A DNA stretch of 64,000 nucleotides, from the sequence record OU509535.1. The stretch is one strand, 5' to 3'. Every line of letters starts with the position of its first letter. The stretch's first letter is position 1. Position numbers and translations under genes: made by a program. Below, piece by piece: positions 24,891-35,947 of the stretch. The notes beneath the pieces are model-generated. The model ran no database searches and had not been told where the DNA came from. It saw nothing but the letters and a program-made list of their open reading frames with translations.

Positions 24891-25949
24891 ATGAATCAAG
24901 TTCAAAATATAGTATCTCAAATTTTTAAAGACCCGGTGCCAGCGATAAACCAGTGGAAAAGACATAACTGTCCTGCTTGTGTTTTTCGTGGTCAGGGTCG
25001 CCCAGATACAAGAGGACGTGGAAATCATATGTTCAATGCTGATGGTGGTATTGCATATAACTGCTTTAACTGTCATTTAAAAGTGTCATGGGTTCCTGGT
25101 TTATATATGAGCAAAGATTTTAAATCTTTGCTTTCTTATTTTGGGGCTGATGAAAAAAGTATTGCATATTTAGATCTCTTCGTTAAAGAAATGGTCAATA
25201 ATGAAGAATATAAAAAAGAAACACCATCCTCTAAACTATTTCAAAATTTACAAACAAGATCGTTGCCAGAGAATGCAAAAACATTTATAGAATGGGCTAA
25301 TACTGAACAACCACCAAAGGAATTCATTTCAGTACTAAATTCCGTAAATTCAAGAAATCCATATATTCTGGATTTGGACTTATACTGGAGTCCATCTAAA
25401 GAGCATCAATTATATAATCGATTTATTATACCTTATTATATGAATAATAAAATAATTGGTTATACTGCTCGTCATAAAGAACACAATCCCACCAAGTCAT
25501 TGCGATATATAAACCAAGTCAGTACTAATATTTTATATAATTATGATTTATTAAATGATAACAGAATTAAAACGATTTTAGTTACCGAAGGACCAATTGA
25601 TGCCGCATTGATGGGTGGTGTAAGTGCAAACAACTATTTTTTAACTTCTCCACAGATTGAATTATTAAAAGCAGCACAGGAACGTGGTAAGAAAATAGTC
25701 ATTGTACCTGACAGGGATAAAAATGGATTGGAAGCAGTAAATCAGGCAATTGATAATGGGTTTAGTGTTTCATTACCAAATTTTGGAACTATTAAAGATC
25801 CAACCAAATTCGGACACAGACCAATAAAAGACTTCGATGAAGCATGTGTTATATATGGAAGAATATTTTGTTTACAATTAATACACGATTCAATACTAGA
25901 TACTGAATTTTCAATCAAAACAAGAATTGCAAATTCATGGGATATATAA
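24891..25949 (+). CDS. 61: DNA primase (gp61-like; zinc ribbon plus TOPRIM)
   Basis: CPAC...YNCFNCH zinc motif, TOPRIM TEGPIDA and PDRD; ATG at 24891 follows AAGG. Confidence 0.88.
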   Translation: MNQVQNIVSQIFKDPVPAINQWKRHNCPACVFRGQGRPDTRGRGNHMFNADGGIAYNCFNCHLKVSWVPGLYMSKDFKSLLSYFGADEKSIAYLDLFVKEMVNNEEYKKETPSSKLFQNLQTRSLPENAKTFIEWANTEQPPKEFISVLNSVNSRNPYILDLDLYWSPSKEHQLYNRFIIPYYMNNKIIGYTARHKEHNPTKSLRYINQVSTNILYNYDLLNDNRIKTILVTEGPIDAALMGGVSANNYFLTSPQIELLKAAQERGKKIVIVPDRDKNGLEAVNQAIDNGFSVSLPNFGTIKDPTKFGHRPIKDFDEACVIYGRIFCLQLIHDSILDTEFSIKTRIANSWDI

Positions 25950-25963
25950 AATAAAGGAATATA

Positions 25964-27532
25964 ATGAACAAATCAATCACACCGGACGTGACTCAATATA
26001 GTATTAAAAATCAAGAATATCTTCTTTCTCAAATTTTTACAAATCCAGATTTGTATGTACGTTGTAAAAATATCTTAAAACCTGAATATTTTGATAAGAT
26101 ATTTCAAAACAGTATTCAGTACGTTCATGAATACAGTAATAAGTACAACGGTGGTTTCCCAACTCTACTTGATATTGAAGTTAAAAGTGGATTTCAATAC
26201 ACTGAAATTAAAGTATCTGAATTAAACAAACAAGCTGTATTAGATCATTGCGGTGAATTTTGTCGTCATAAAGCACTAGCACTTGCAGTTGAAAAGGGAA
26301 TGGAATTAGTTCAACAAAAAAAATATGGTGGTATTGAAGAATTAATTCGTGAAGCCATGCTTGTTACTGTACAAAATGAATTAGGTCTTGATGTATATGA
26401 AAACCCAGAGGAAACAATCCAGTCACTTAAAGATATGCAGGGTTCGATGCGAAGTGGATGGGATACTCTTGATTTCAAATTATTTGGTGGTTTTGGTAAA
26501 CAAGAACTTGAAATATTCGCAGCGGCAAGTGGTGGTGGTAAATCGGTTGTACTACAAAATATCGCAGTTAACTTTTCCAAAATGGGATTAAATGGTGCAT
26601 ATATTTCACTGGAACTTGCAGAAGAACTGGTTGCGGTTCGTATCTATGGTATGATGACTGATACTAAACTGAGTACAATCAAAAGCGATGCAAGTAACAT
26701 TGGTATGAAAATCGCCATTGATGGTAAACAGTCTGGATCACTGAGGATTAAGCGTTTACCAGAATCGATTACAACTTCTAATGATATCGAAAGTTACATT
26801 AGAGAATTACAAATAAAAACTGGGATTAAACTGGATTATATTTGTGTGGACTACTTAGACTTGATGACCTCGGAACGTAGTACTGATGCATCAAACGTGT
26901 TTGTTAAGGATAAATTTGTATCAGAAGAATTACGTGCCTTAGCACATACTATGGACATGACTGTATTCACCGCCGCACAGTTTAACCGTAGTGGTATTAA
27001 TGAAGAAAAGAAAAGTCAGGCACAAATTGCAGGTGGCATGTCAAAGATTTATACTGCTGATAACGTAATTTATATCGAAACTAATAAAGATAAAGGTGAA
27101 CTTTGGTTTGACTTCCAGAAAACTCGTAACAGTTCTGCTGTAGGTTCAAAACTTCGTATGTCTTATAATATGGACTCTCTTCGAGTACTGGATCATGCAC
27201 AAACAATTCAGGAGCTTGAGTGTAATAAGAGTGGTTTTAAGCTCACACAGAGTACTATGGGTGTTGGTGGAGGCTCAGTGACACAACCCCCTTCGACTAT
27301 GACAAGTCTTCGCCACAGCCTTTACAATGCAAATATGGGGCTATCTCAACCAGTTGAAGTTGAACACAATGTAGACAACACAAGTGTACTAAATACTGAC
27401 AATGAGGATGTTTTAAATTCACCAGCATATGAAAATGAAACAATTGAAGAATTTGAAATTGTAGAATCGGTGCAGACAAAACTTTCTCCAAGTAAAATTA
27501 GTAATATGAGAGACTTTTTAGGGAAGAGATAG
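25964..27532 (+). CDS. 41: DnaB-like replicative helicase (gp41-like)
   Basis: Walker A AASGGGKS, ISLELAE, VDYLDL, TAAQFNR, KTRNS; long low-complexity C-terminal tail. Confidence 0.92.
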   Translation: MNKSITPDVTQYSIKNQEYLLSQIFTNPDLYVRCKNILKPEYFDKIFQNSIQYVHEYSNKYNGGFPTLLDIEVKSGFQYTEIKVSELNKQAVLDHCGEFCRHKALALAVEKGMELVQQKKYGGIEELIREAMLVTVQNELGLDVYENPEETIQSLKDMQGSMRSGWDTLDFKLFGGFGKQELEIFAAASGGGKSVVLQNIAVNFSKMGLNGAYISLELAEELVAVRIYGMMTDTKLSTIKSDASNIGMKIAIDGKQSGSLRIKRLPESITTSNDIESYIRELQIKTGIKLDYICVDYLDLMTSERSTDASNVFVKDKFVSEELRALAHTMDMTVFTAAQFNRSGINEEKKSQAQIAGGMSKIYTADNVIYIETNKDKGELWFDFQKTRNSSAVGSKLRMSYNMDSLRVLDHAQTIQELECNKSGFKLTQSTMGVGGGSVTQPPSTMTSLRHSLYNANMGLSQPVEVEHNVDNTSVLNTDNEDVLNSPAYENETIEEFEIVESVQTKLSPSKISNMRDFLGKR

Positions 27533-27543
27533 GAATAATGTGA

Positions 27544-27813
27544 ATGGACGCAAAAAACCAAAATCTATTAGATAGTATTTTTGAACACACATCCGAAAAA
27601 AGATCAATACAGCATTTTAGTAATAGAGCAGATCACGCGATTAACTCTGTTATTAATTTACTTGAATATATAGAAACTGAATTTGATGCAGACGACGCTG
27701 AGGATTTAAAAAAGCGTTTATTTCTTAGTATAAAGAATAGAGACTATAAAAAGTTTCAAAAAGGATTGGAGAATATTGCACTCGATGAATCCAGAAAGAA
27801 TAAGGATAATTGA
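27544..27813 (+). CDS. Conserved hypothetical protein (89 aa)
   Basis: ORF in operon order; helical. Confidence 0.65.
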   Translation: MDAKNQNLLDSIFEHTSEKRSIQHFSNRADHAINSVINLLEYIETEFDADDAEDLKKRLFLSIKNRDYKKFQKGLENIALDESRKNKDN

Positions 27814-29441
27814 TGATTTTTGACAAGTCCAAATTTGAAAAATTAACCAAACCACGCAAACTGAAATATATTCAGGAAAATGACTTTTTTGGATTCAATA
27901 CGAAAAATGCAGTGATGGTATTGTATTGTATAGAAAATGGTTTAACGGATGTTGTATATGCACCATGTGGGGCTGAATGTAAAATAACCTCAACTAAACC
28001 ATCCAAGTATTGTAATAGTTATAAAAACAGAAAGGAAGAAACTTGCCCTCTGTGTCATAATTATTATAAAAATACAATGCAAGAGAAGTACAAAGAAAGT
28101 TGCACCAAAAAATATGGTGTAGAAAATCCAATGAAAAATGCTGAAATTAGGGAAATCTATAAACAGAATTTCATTGATAAAACAGGATATACAAATCCAT
28201 TGTGCACAGGTACTGATTCAAGAACAAAAAGAGATCAAACTTGTATTGTATTATTTGGTTCGGTATCTTCACAAAAAAACCGTACTGTTAGGGATAAAAC
28301 CATAAAAACAAGTACAGAAAAGTTTGGTACTGAACATCCTATGAAAAATAAAAATATTTCCACTAAAGCTGGAAATAACTTGAGTTTAGTTCTTAATAAA
28401 AAGAAAACAAAAAGAATCTTAGAAAATTTATCCGATGGTATTACATTCATCGATGATGAAAAACTGAAATTCAATCAAGAATATGAATTTCGTTGTGATA
28501 AATGTAATAATATTTTTAAACACCATATATGGAATCTTGGAACTAAAAAAATAAGTTGTCCTATTTGTTTTCCCAGGAATAACAATTCAAGTATGCAAGA
28601 AAATGAAATTAGAGGATATATTGAAAGTTTTGGATTAAAAACAATTAGTACTAAAAATATTATACATCCTTATGAAATTGATATTTATATTCCTGAATTA
28701 AAAATAGGATTTGAATATAATGGTAGCTACTGGCACAGCACTAAATTTGTTGATAAAAATTATCATTTGATGAAGCTTGAACTGGCAGAAAAATGTAATG
28801 TTCATTTGATTAATATTCATGAAGTTGATTATCAAAACAATAAAGAAGTAATATTATCTAGAATTAAAAATGTTTTAGGTTTTTCTGAATCTACATATGC
28901 CCGTTCTTGTACTATAAAAGAAGTTGGTTCAAAAGAAGAGAAGGAATTTCTTAATAAAAATCATTTACAAGGTTATGTTAATAGTAAACTGTGTTATGGA
29001 TTATATCATGATGATGTACTAATGGCTGTAATGTCTTTTGGTAAAACTCGATATGATAAGAATGATGATGGTGTATATGAATTACTAAGATATTGTTCGT
29101 CTGGTACTGTAATCGGTGGAGCATCGAGATTACTAAAACATTTTGAAAAATACAATAAACCAAAACGACTAATTTCATATGCATCAAGAGACTGGACAAG
29201 TATTAATAATAATTTATATAAAACGCTTGGATTTGAATTTGTGAAAAGTACTAAACCTAGTTATTTTTATGAAAAGAATAATACCAAATTCAGTAGATAT
29301 CAATGTACTTTGAAAAAATTATATAAAAACGACCCATCACTTTTGCCTAATTTAACAGAAGATGATATAACTATCGGTTTGTATAAGTTCAATAAAATAT
29401 ACACTACTGGGAATTTGAAATATGAAAAAAACTATAAATGA
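27813..29441 (+). mobile_element. Free-standing PD-(D/E)XK (Vsr/Hef-like) homing endonuclease, copy 1
   Basis: KYGVENP-type repeats, CDKC/CPIC zinc motif, EIDIYIPELKIGFEYNGSYWH nuclease motif and a C-terminal ARSC...FLNKNHLQG...YELLRYC domain; very AT-rich. Confidence 0.8.
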
Positions 29442-29577
29442 AAATGCCAGTTCTGGAAGTACATCATCTGGATCTATTGCTTCCAGTACCAACGGATTAC
29501 ATTATCCGCTAGTCACCAGACTTCCCAAGACTAATTTCTTTGGAATGAAAGAATATAAAAAGAAGGATAAAAAATGA
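29422..29577 (+). CDS. Small 51-aa protein missed by the ORF track (MKKTINENASSGSTSSGSIASSTNG...)
   Basis: Open frame ATG 29422 to TGA 29575-77, with ATGA coupling to the next gene; fills the otherwise empty gap; TINE| motif. Confidence 0.65.
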   Translation: MKKTINENASSGSTSSGSIASSTNGLHYPLVTRLPKTNFFGMKEYKKKDKK

Positions 29578-29966
29578 AACCATATACTTTCTATACAATC
29601 AATACAGTTGTTGATATTGGTGATGGTAGTACTCCTACTATATCAAATGGAAAGTTCACTGGTGCTATGAATTTATCAAGGCTGGTAGAAACAATTACTA
29701 TACATGATTATCCTATGATGGTAAGTATTGTAAAAACTGAAGTAGATTTATCAAAAGATAGTAATGCTGAATTTTACAATTTACCATCTGTGTGGGGAAA
29801 ATGTGTTGTGAGTACTTTTAAGTTCGCATTAACAAATGATGTGACATTGAAAATTAATGGTGTTCCATTGGTATTGCCTACTGTAGTTAATAATACCAGA
29901 ATTACTAAATTCCAGACAATGAATACTAACAGGAATATCAGTATTATTAAGCAGACTTTTTATTAA
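29574..29966 (+). CDS. Hypothetical protein (130 aa)
   Basis: AAGGA SD; ATGA overlap with the upstream small ORF. Confidence 0.65.
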   Translation: MKPYTFYTINTVVDIGDGSTPTISNGKFTGAMNLSRLVETITIHDYPMMVSIVKTEVDLSKDSNAEFYNLPSVWGKCVVSTFKFALTNDVTLKINGVPLVLPTVVNNTRITKFQTMNTNRNISIIKQTFY

Positions 29967-29974
29967 AATAAATA
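29967..29974 (+). promoter_or_regulatory. Late-promoter-like AATAAATA
   Basis: TAAATA core upstream of the 30006 ATG. Confidence 0.4.
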
Positions 29975-30005
29975 ATTGAAAGATCTTTTTACAAAAGGAA
30001 TTAAA

Positions 30006-30977
30006 ATGGATATTCAACAAACATCACAAGAATTACAAAAATTTGCTGATTCTCAGGGAATGAATATTGATGTTTCTACTGTACTTGATAATATGGATGC
30101 TGGTGATTTCGTGGAATTGAATTCGGCTATCGACTCTAACAATAATCAAGAAATTTTTAAAATTCTTCAAAAATATAAAGCACGTATGAGTGAAAGTTTT
30201 GAATATTTTAGTCCAACATATGTACTTAAATACGTAACCGAAAATTCAAAACTAAAAGAAATTGATAATTATAGTATTAAAGAATTAAAAGAAGCGTATT
30301 CAAAATTCAGTACATATGGTGATATTTCAGAATTTAGTACTCAGGAATTAAAAGCATTAGTGTATGAAGATATAACACAGAATGCTACACAGCTTAATGC
30401 GTTAAAAACTAGTAATATTGCACAACAAAATCTACAACAGCAACAACAACAAATTAATCCACAGACACAGGCTAAAGTTAAACAAGCAGAATTGCAAAAA
30501 GGTACGGGTAATATGAAAGTATCTGTTCCTGGTCAACAATCTGGTACAGATGAAATTGAACCCCTTGTTGGTATTGATGTTGGACAAACACCACAACAGA
30601 CATTGGTTGTTACTAAAAGTGGTTCTAAACCAAATCAGGTTAATATATTTGGTCTAGATGACGTCACCCCAGTTCAGGAATCAAGAAAACTAATGGATGA
30701 CATTGATAAGATCTGCACAGAAGAAAAATCTGTACAAGAGATTAATGCAGAAACTAAAAATGTTGCTCCGCCAGCACCTGAACAAAGTGGAACGCCATCG
30801 CCAGTTACTTATACTGCTCCTGGTATGGGTGAGTTTATTCATTCAGTACAGGACGTTCCATTTGAAGATGATTTCAGTGGAGAAGAAAGCCCATTAGGAA
30901 ATTCTAAATTTGAACAGAATGATGAAATTGTTAACGATATAATTGATTTATGTAATCGAATGGATAATAGAAAATGA
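30006..30977 (+). CDS. Probable head-core/internal virion protein (about 323 aa, Gln-rich)
   Basis: ATG at 30006 follows AAAGGA; multiple [VM]-x-E sites (MSE, VTE, VYE, VQE); polyQ stretch. Confidence 0.5.
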   Translation: MDIQQTSQELQKFADSQGMNIDVSTVLDNMDAGDFVELNSAIDSNNNQEIFKILQKYKARMSESFEYFSPTYVLKYVTENSKLKEIDNYSIKELKEAYSKFSTYGDISEFSTQELKALVYEDITQNATQLNALKTSNIAQQNLQQQQQQINPQTQAKVKQAELQKGTGNMKVSVPGQQSGTDEIEPLVGIDVGQTPQQTLVVTKSGSKPNQVNIFGLDDVTPVQESRKLMDDIDKICTEEKSVQEINAETKNVAPPAPEQSGTPSPVTYTAPGMGEFIHSVQDVPFEDDFSGEESPLGNSKFEQNDEIVNDIIDLCNRMDNRK

Positions 30978-31168
30978 GATCTATAAAAACCGACAATGGT
31001 TATAGTATTATCCTTAGTAATGAAGAGTACTCATTATATAGAAAAATTAAAGCTAGAAAAAAAATTCACGAAGAATCTCTTCCTGAATATTATCAAGAAC
31101 TCGCCAATAAACTGGTATCAAGGGGTGTTCTTGATAAAACTGAAGATAATATATATACAGTAAAATAA
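30974..31168 (+). CDS. Hypothetical protein (64 aa)
   Basis: ATGA overlap with the upstream gene. Confidence 0.6.
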   Translation: MRSIKTDNGYSIILSNEEYSLYRKIKARKKIHEESLPEYYQELANKLVSRGVLDKTEDNIYTVK

Positions 31169-31192
31169 TACAATGTAATTAAAGGAAGTTAT

Positions 31193-31846
31193 ATGAGTTA
31201 TTATTCTGATGATTATGAACAAAATAAGAAGGCTAAATCAGAAATTTCTGATTTACTTACTGACTTGTATGATATTGGTTTTTATGATAAAAATGATATC
31301 CCACCACCGGTAAGCACAGCACCTGATTATGGTTATGATTATATTACAGAAGGTGTACAAGGTACTTATTCACTGGATGAAAATGGTATTCCAGTTAATG
31401 TAGTACAACCCACTATCCCAGAACAGTACTATACTGAACCTGTTATTCAAAAACCAAAAAATACTAAAAAATGGGATTTAGTTGAAGATCACTATCCAGG
31501 TACTAAAAGTACTAAAGTCTATAGTATTAAATGTAATTCAAATGACCAAATTATTATGAATAACATTTTAATGCACGAAGCCGCTTTAACTTTAGTAAAT
31601 CTTTTAAATGAAGGTAGAATGTTAACTGATCCAAAAATTCTTGGTATAATCAGCAGTGGTATTCAATTTACTTCAGTTATGAATGAGGTCATAAAAGTAT
31701 CAAAAGAACGTCTTGTGGTACTAAATGAAGCTCGTTATGATGATGCAAAAGAATTGGATGTAAAAATTGCCGAAAAGAAAAATGAAGCATATAAACTGAA
31801 AAAACGTGTACTGGATTTTCTAAAAACTGAAGGCTACATTAAATAG
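31193..31846 (+). CDS. Hypothetical, probably virion-associated protein (217 aa)
   Basis: AAGGAAG SD; ITE|G site; lies in the head-core cluster. Confidence 0.55.
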   Translation: MSYYSDDYEQNKKAKSEISDLLTDLYDIGFYDKNDIPPPVSTAPDYGYDYITEGVQGTYSLDENGIPVNVVQPTIPEQYYTEPVIQKPKNTKKWDLVEDHYPGTKSTKVYSIKCNSNDQIIMNNILMHEAALTLVNLLNEGRMLTDPKILGIISSGIQFTSVMNEVIKVSKERLVVLNEARYDDAKELDVKIAEKKNEAYKLKKRVLDFLKTEGYIK

Positions 31847-31863
31847 TACTTCAAGGGAATGAA

Positions 31864-33597
31864 ATGAAAAAATATCTGAAAAATTTAGATACAGAAACAG
31901 AAAATCTATTTAATGAAATTCGTTCATTACTAAGTAACAAAAATAGTAAATCATGGCATACCTCAATAAATGCTTCTGGAAGGGAGCATTTAAAAAACGC
32001 GGTACTCAGAGTCTATCCAAGTAGTGATTTTTTATTATCAGAAGCATTAAAACTGATTATCAATCAAGAAGAACCACCGTATGCAGTATGTGGTAGAAAA
32101 TGTAAGTATTTTAATGGTCAGTATGATAGATATTGTTCATTGGGTGTCAAACCCAATAAAAACACTTATTGTGAGAAGTGCAATAAACACTGGCGAGAAA
32201 AGAAAAACAAATCCACAAAAGAAAACTGTCTAAATCAGTACAATGTTGAACACCCTTTTCAGCGAAATGATGTGAAAACAAAAGTACATGAAACTAAAAT
32301 ACGAAAATACGGTACTAATTATAATAAAATAATTTCAAACAAATCATTCAGTACTTATTATAATAAAACTGGATATTCATGTCCATTGAGTAATCCAGAT
32401 ATACAACAAAAAATTAAAGAAACTAATATTAAAAATTATGGATATGAAAATCCCGGTTCATCTCCATTAATTGTACAAAAAAGAAAAAATACCCAGAAGA
32501 AATTATATGGTCATGAACATTCTATGCAGAATGGTGATATAAAACTAAAGGTATTGATTAAATCTGCCACACAGAGAATGGATAGTATAAATTCAAAACT
32601 TGAATTTACTAATTTTATTCCTTTGTTTGATATTAGTGATTTAATTGGTTTGGATACATATAACAAAATGCCATACTGGTGTAATACACATGGTTTATTT
32701 TATTCATGTAGTAATTATAAAATTATATGTAATGAATGCACTCCCGTTCATATAAGCACACAACACAAAGAGATATTAAATTTTATAGAAAATCTTGGTA
32801 TTGAATGTGTAACGAATACACGCTCTGTTTTAAAAAGTACTATGGAATTGGATATTTTTATACCTGACTTGAATGTTGCAATAGAAATTAATGGTATGTA
32901 CTGGCATAGTACTGAATACAAAGAACGACTGTATCATCAAAACAAAATGTTGGAATGTAAAGAACATGGCATTCACTTAATACAGATATGGGAAGATGAA
33001 TGGAATACCAAACAAGATTTGGTTAAATTTCGTTTGATGAATGTATTAAAATGCTCCAGTACTATATATGCAAGAAAATGTAAAATAAAAGAAATCAATA
33101 AAAAAGAATGTGATAATTTTATTAATACATACCATATCCAAGGTTCTAGTTCATCATCTATTAGAATTGGTTTATATTACGAAAATGAATTATATGCAGT
33201 TATGACATTTGGAAAATCCAGATTTGATAAAACTGTTCAGTATGAATTGATACGATATTGTTCAAAAAGTACAGTCGTTGGCGGTGCATCTAAATTATTA
33301 AAGTACTTTGAGAAGAAATACAAACCAGTGTCGTTGATTTCTTATGCAGATGCGTGTTGGAGTACTGGTGATTTATATATTAAACTTGGTTTTACATATA
33401 ATGGATTAACTGAACCTGGTTATTTTTATTACAAATCAAGTACTGGTAGAATTTCAAGGCATCAATGTCAAAAGAAAAAACTAGTCAATCAGGGATATGA
33501 TGAAAATTTATCAGAATATCAAATATGTACCACTGTACTTAAATATAACAAAATATTTGATTGTGGTAATTTTAAATTCACTAAATATTACATATAA
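31864..33597 (+). mobile_element. Free-standing PD-(D/E)XK homing endonuclease, copy 2
   Basis: ELDIFIPDLNVAIEINGMYWH, ARKCKIKEI...YHIQG...YELIRYC; same architecture as 27813. Confidence 0.8.
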
Positions 33598-33616
33598 CTT
33601 ATAAGGAATATATAAA

Positions 33617-34240
33617 ATGTCTGACATTAAAAAAATCATGGAAGCTGAAAATCGTGTAGAAGCACTGAAGTTCATGCAGATTAATGAAAGTAATATTGAA
33701 AAACTGGAAGTGGTTCTCGCAATCAAATCTGGTATTGCCGATAAACTACAACGTGCTTCTGAGCAGTTGATGAACTACAGCGTTGACGTTCTCGGTCCAA
33801 TTGTTGATCGTATTAAAGCAGAAGAAGGTATTGAAGTGGCCGAAGAATTTCAGTCCAGAGTTAAAAACATCCTTCAACATGCAGCAGATGTAGTTATGGA
33901 TGCTAAAGACCAGATCACTAACGAAACTCTTAAACTTACTGGTGATGTAGCTGATAATCCAGATGTGGCTGATATCGGTATTGATGATGATCTAACCGTT
34001 GATGAGGAAACCCCAACTTTTGATATGGAATCTGATGCTTCCTTTGATGATATTGAAGAACCTGTACCGGAAGATCGTGCAATGAAAGAATCTGTACAAT
34101 ATACCCAAGTTGGTATCAAAATGGAAAGTACTAAAGGTACTATTGGTACAAAATATTTCAGTACTCATAAAGAAGCTGAAAAATGGCTCAAAGAAAATGA
34201 ATCTAAAGTCAAAAAAGTACTTGGGTTCGAGAAAAAATAA
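33617..34240 (+). CDS. Probable prohead core/scaffold-like protein (207 aa)
   Basis: CTAAATA late core at 33581-87, AAGGA SD, acidic coiled coil, IME|A and MKE|S sites. Confidence 0.5.
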   Translation: MSDIKKIMEAENRVEALKFMQINESNIEKLEVVLAIKSGIADKLQRASEQLMNYSVDVLGPIVDRIKAEEGIEVAEEFQSRVKNILQHAADVVMDAKDQITNETLKLTGDVADNPDVADIGIDDDLTVDEETPTFDMESDASFDDIEEPVPEDRAMKESVQYTQVGIKMESTKGTIGTKYFSTHKEAEKWLKENESKVKKVLGFEKK

Positions 34241-34248
34241 GGTTAATT

Positions 34249-34599
34249 ATGAAATTTCGTGATATTGTAAAAATCACAGAAGATGCACCACCAAAAGATA
34301 TTCGCAATATGATCACCAGTATTGCATTATCACTAGTTGCATCTGGTAGGGAAGAGGTTGGTATTCAGTCATTGGTTAATGAAATTAAGAAAAGGACTGG
34401 TATTGATGTTCCTTATAATGTGATGATGGATATTTTAAATTCGTTGCCATTTGTTCAGGATGCAAATTCTGATAGAGTACAATTTTCAGGAACTGATACC
34501 AGTACTGACTTTAAGCAACCTAATTCAGAAGAAAGTTCTGAACAAAAAGTACAAGATATGGCTGGTAAAGCAGCCACCGACAGTATGAAATCACTATAA
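34249..34599 (+). CDS. Hypothetical head-associated protein (116 aa)
   Basis: N-terminus MKFRDIVKITE|DA resembles protease-processed internal proteins. Confidence 0.5.
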   Translation: MKFRDIVKITEDAPPKDIRNMITSIALSLVASGREEVGIQSLVNEIKKRTGIDVPYNVMMDILNSLPFVQDANSDRVQFSGTDTSTDFKQPNSEESSEQKVQDMAGKAATDSMKSL

Positions 34600-34605
34600 A
34601 ATTTT

Positions 34606-34634
34606 TGAACAAAAAGACAAAAATAAGCTATAAT
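34606..34634 (+). promoter_or_regulatory. TGAACA-class promoter (TGAACA-N17-TATAAT)
   Basis: Upstream of the exonuclease gene. Confidence 0.7.
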
Positions 34635-34651
34635 TATGGAGTAACAAGGGA

Positions 34652-35359
34652 ATGTTTGTTCCACCTATTATTAGCAGATATTCTTATGTTGATTATAAAA
34701 GAATTGAAGGCGGCTCTCAGGGTCGCCTTTATTCTACCCCAACCGGAAATCTGCCATCGGTAACTACAATTCTAAGTGCCACATCCAATGATGAAGGATT
34801 GAAAAAATGGCGTGAATTTGTGGGAGAAGAAAAAGCCAATGCTATCACACTGGAAGCAACGACAATTGGTACCTTTATGCATGAAAATTTAGAAAATAGA
34901 TTAAATTCTAAGCCAGATCATGAAGGTGGTATGCCAGTACGTGTATTAGCAAGAAAAATGGCTGATAAAATTCAAGAAGAAGCGTGGCCTAAAATTAATG
35001 AAGTATGGGGTCAGGAAGTACCACTGTACTATGAAGGTCTATGGGCTGGAACAACAGATTTGGTTGGAATTCATGACGGAATTCCAACCATCATGGATTA
35101 CAAAAATTCTAGAAAAAAGAAAACATGGAATCATATTGAAAATTACCGTTTACAAATTGCCGCATATGCGTTGGCTCATAACTATATGTATGGAACTGAT
35201 ATACGACGTGGTGTAATATTTGTTTGTGTAAGAGAAGATCCTCAAAATTTACAATATCAGGAATTTATAATTGAAGGTGATGATTTTGATGAAGCCGTAC
35301 AAATGTGGATTTCTAGAGTAGAGCAATATTATATAATGAATGGGCAAATTATAAATTAA
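34652..35359 (+). CDS. PD-(D/E)XK exonuclease (RecB/Cas4/lambda-exo-like)
   Basis: LPSVTTIL, WAGTTDLVG, IMDYKNS, YRLQIAAYA. Confidence 0.85.
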   Translation: MFVPPIISRYSYVDYKRIEGGSQGRLYSTPTGNLPSVTTILSATSNDEGLKKWREFVGEEKANAITLEATTIGTFMHENLENRLNSKPDHEGGMPVRVLARKMADKIQEEAWPKINEVWGQEVPLYYEGLWAGTTDLVGIHDGIPTIMDYKNSRKKKTWNHIENYRLQIAAYALAHNYMYGTDIRRGVIFVCVREDPQNLQYQEFIIEGDDFDEAVQMWISRVEQYYIMNGQIIN

Positions 35360-35379
35360 ATTAGCAAACTGGAGTAACA

Positions 35380-35916
35380 ATGAAAGACAACGTATACATT
35401 TATATTATTAAAGTACTGGAAGGTAAAGGTTACGATATCAATGAAGTAATCAAGAAAAGCGATAAAGAAATCAAATCTCTTCCTCTATCTCGTCAGATTA
35501 TTGAGGGTATTATTTCTTATAAAGAAAAAGGTTCCCCAAAACTAGAAGAAATCGAAAAGGAAATCTTTGATAAGAGATATAACCCAGACGTGGAAGTAAA
35601 AACTTCAGATATTATCGAATATGTAAAAAACACCGATGAACAAAATGAAGTCCTGGATAATATTAAACAAGAACAACTTGAAGAAATTCCTGATGATGTA
35701 ATTGTAATTAAACATACTGCTCCTAACAAAGAAGATTTGGATATCATCAAAGATGCCCTTCAACAAAAAGAACTCCGTACAATTGCAAAATATGTTAAAC
35801 ACCTGAAAGACACCGTTCCTTCTGCTATTATGTCTGCTGTTGATAGTGTGACTATTAATGACCTAATTAATGCACGAATTGCAGAAGTAAAATCAGCAGA
35901 AGAAAAAACTAAATAA
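35380..35916 (+). CDS. Hypothetical protein (178 aa)
   Basis: GGAG SD; no recognised motif. Confidence 0.65.
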   Translation: MKDNVYIYIIKVLEGKGYDINEVIKKSDKEIKSLPLSRQIIEGIISYKEKGSPKLEEIEKEIFDKRYNPDVEVKTSDIIEYVKNTDEQNEVLDNIKQEQLEEIPDDVIVIKHTAPNKEDLDIIKDALQQKELRTIAKYVKHLKDTVPSAIMSAVDSVTINDLINARIAEVKSAEEKTK

Positions 35917-35947
35917 TCCTATAACGAACTTTGATTAAGGGTTTAAT

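Noticed and set aside
27180-27532. Low-complexity C-terminal extension of the DnaB-like helicase as a separate domain or fused gene
   Set aside because: It looks like a disordered S/T/E-rich tail ending in a short helix, like the SSB tail, with no independent domain signature.
30420-30460. CAA/CAG repeat run
   Set aside because: It encodes a polyGln stretch within a protein; not an independent repeat element.
34652-35359. Cas4-like nuclease as a sign of a CRISPR system
   Set aside because: There is no repeat-spacer array or other cas gene in the window, and the Cas4 Fe-S cysteines are absent; this is an ordinary phage PD-(D/E)XK exonuclease.
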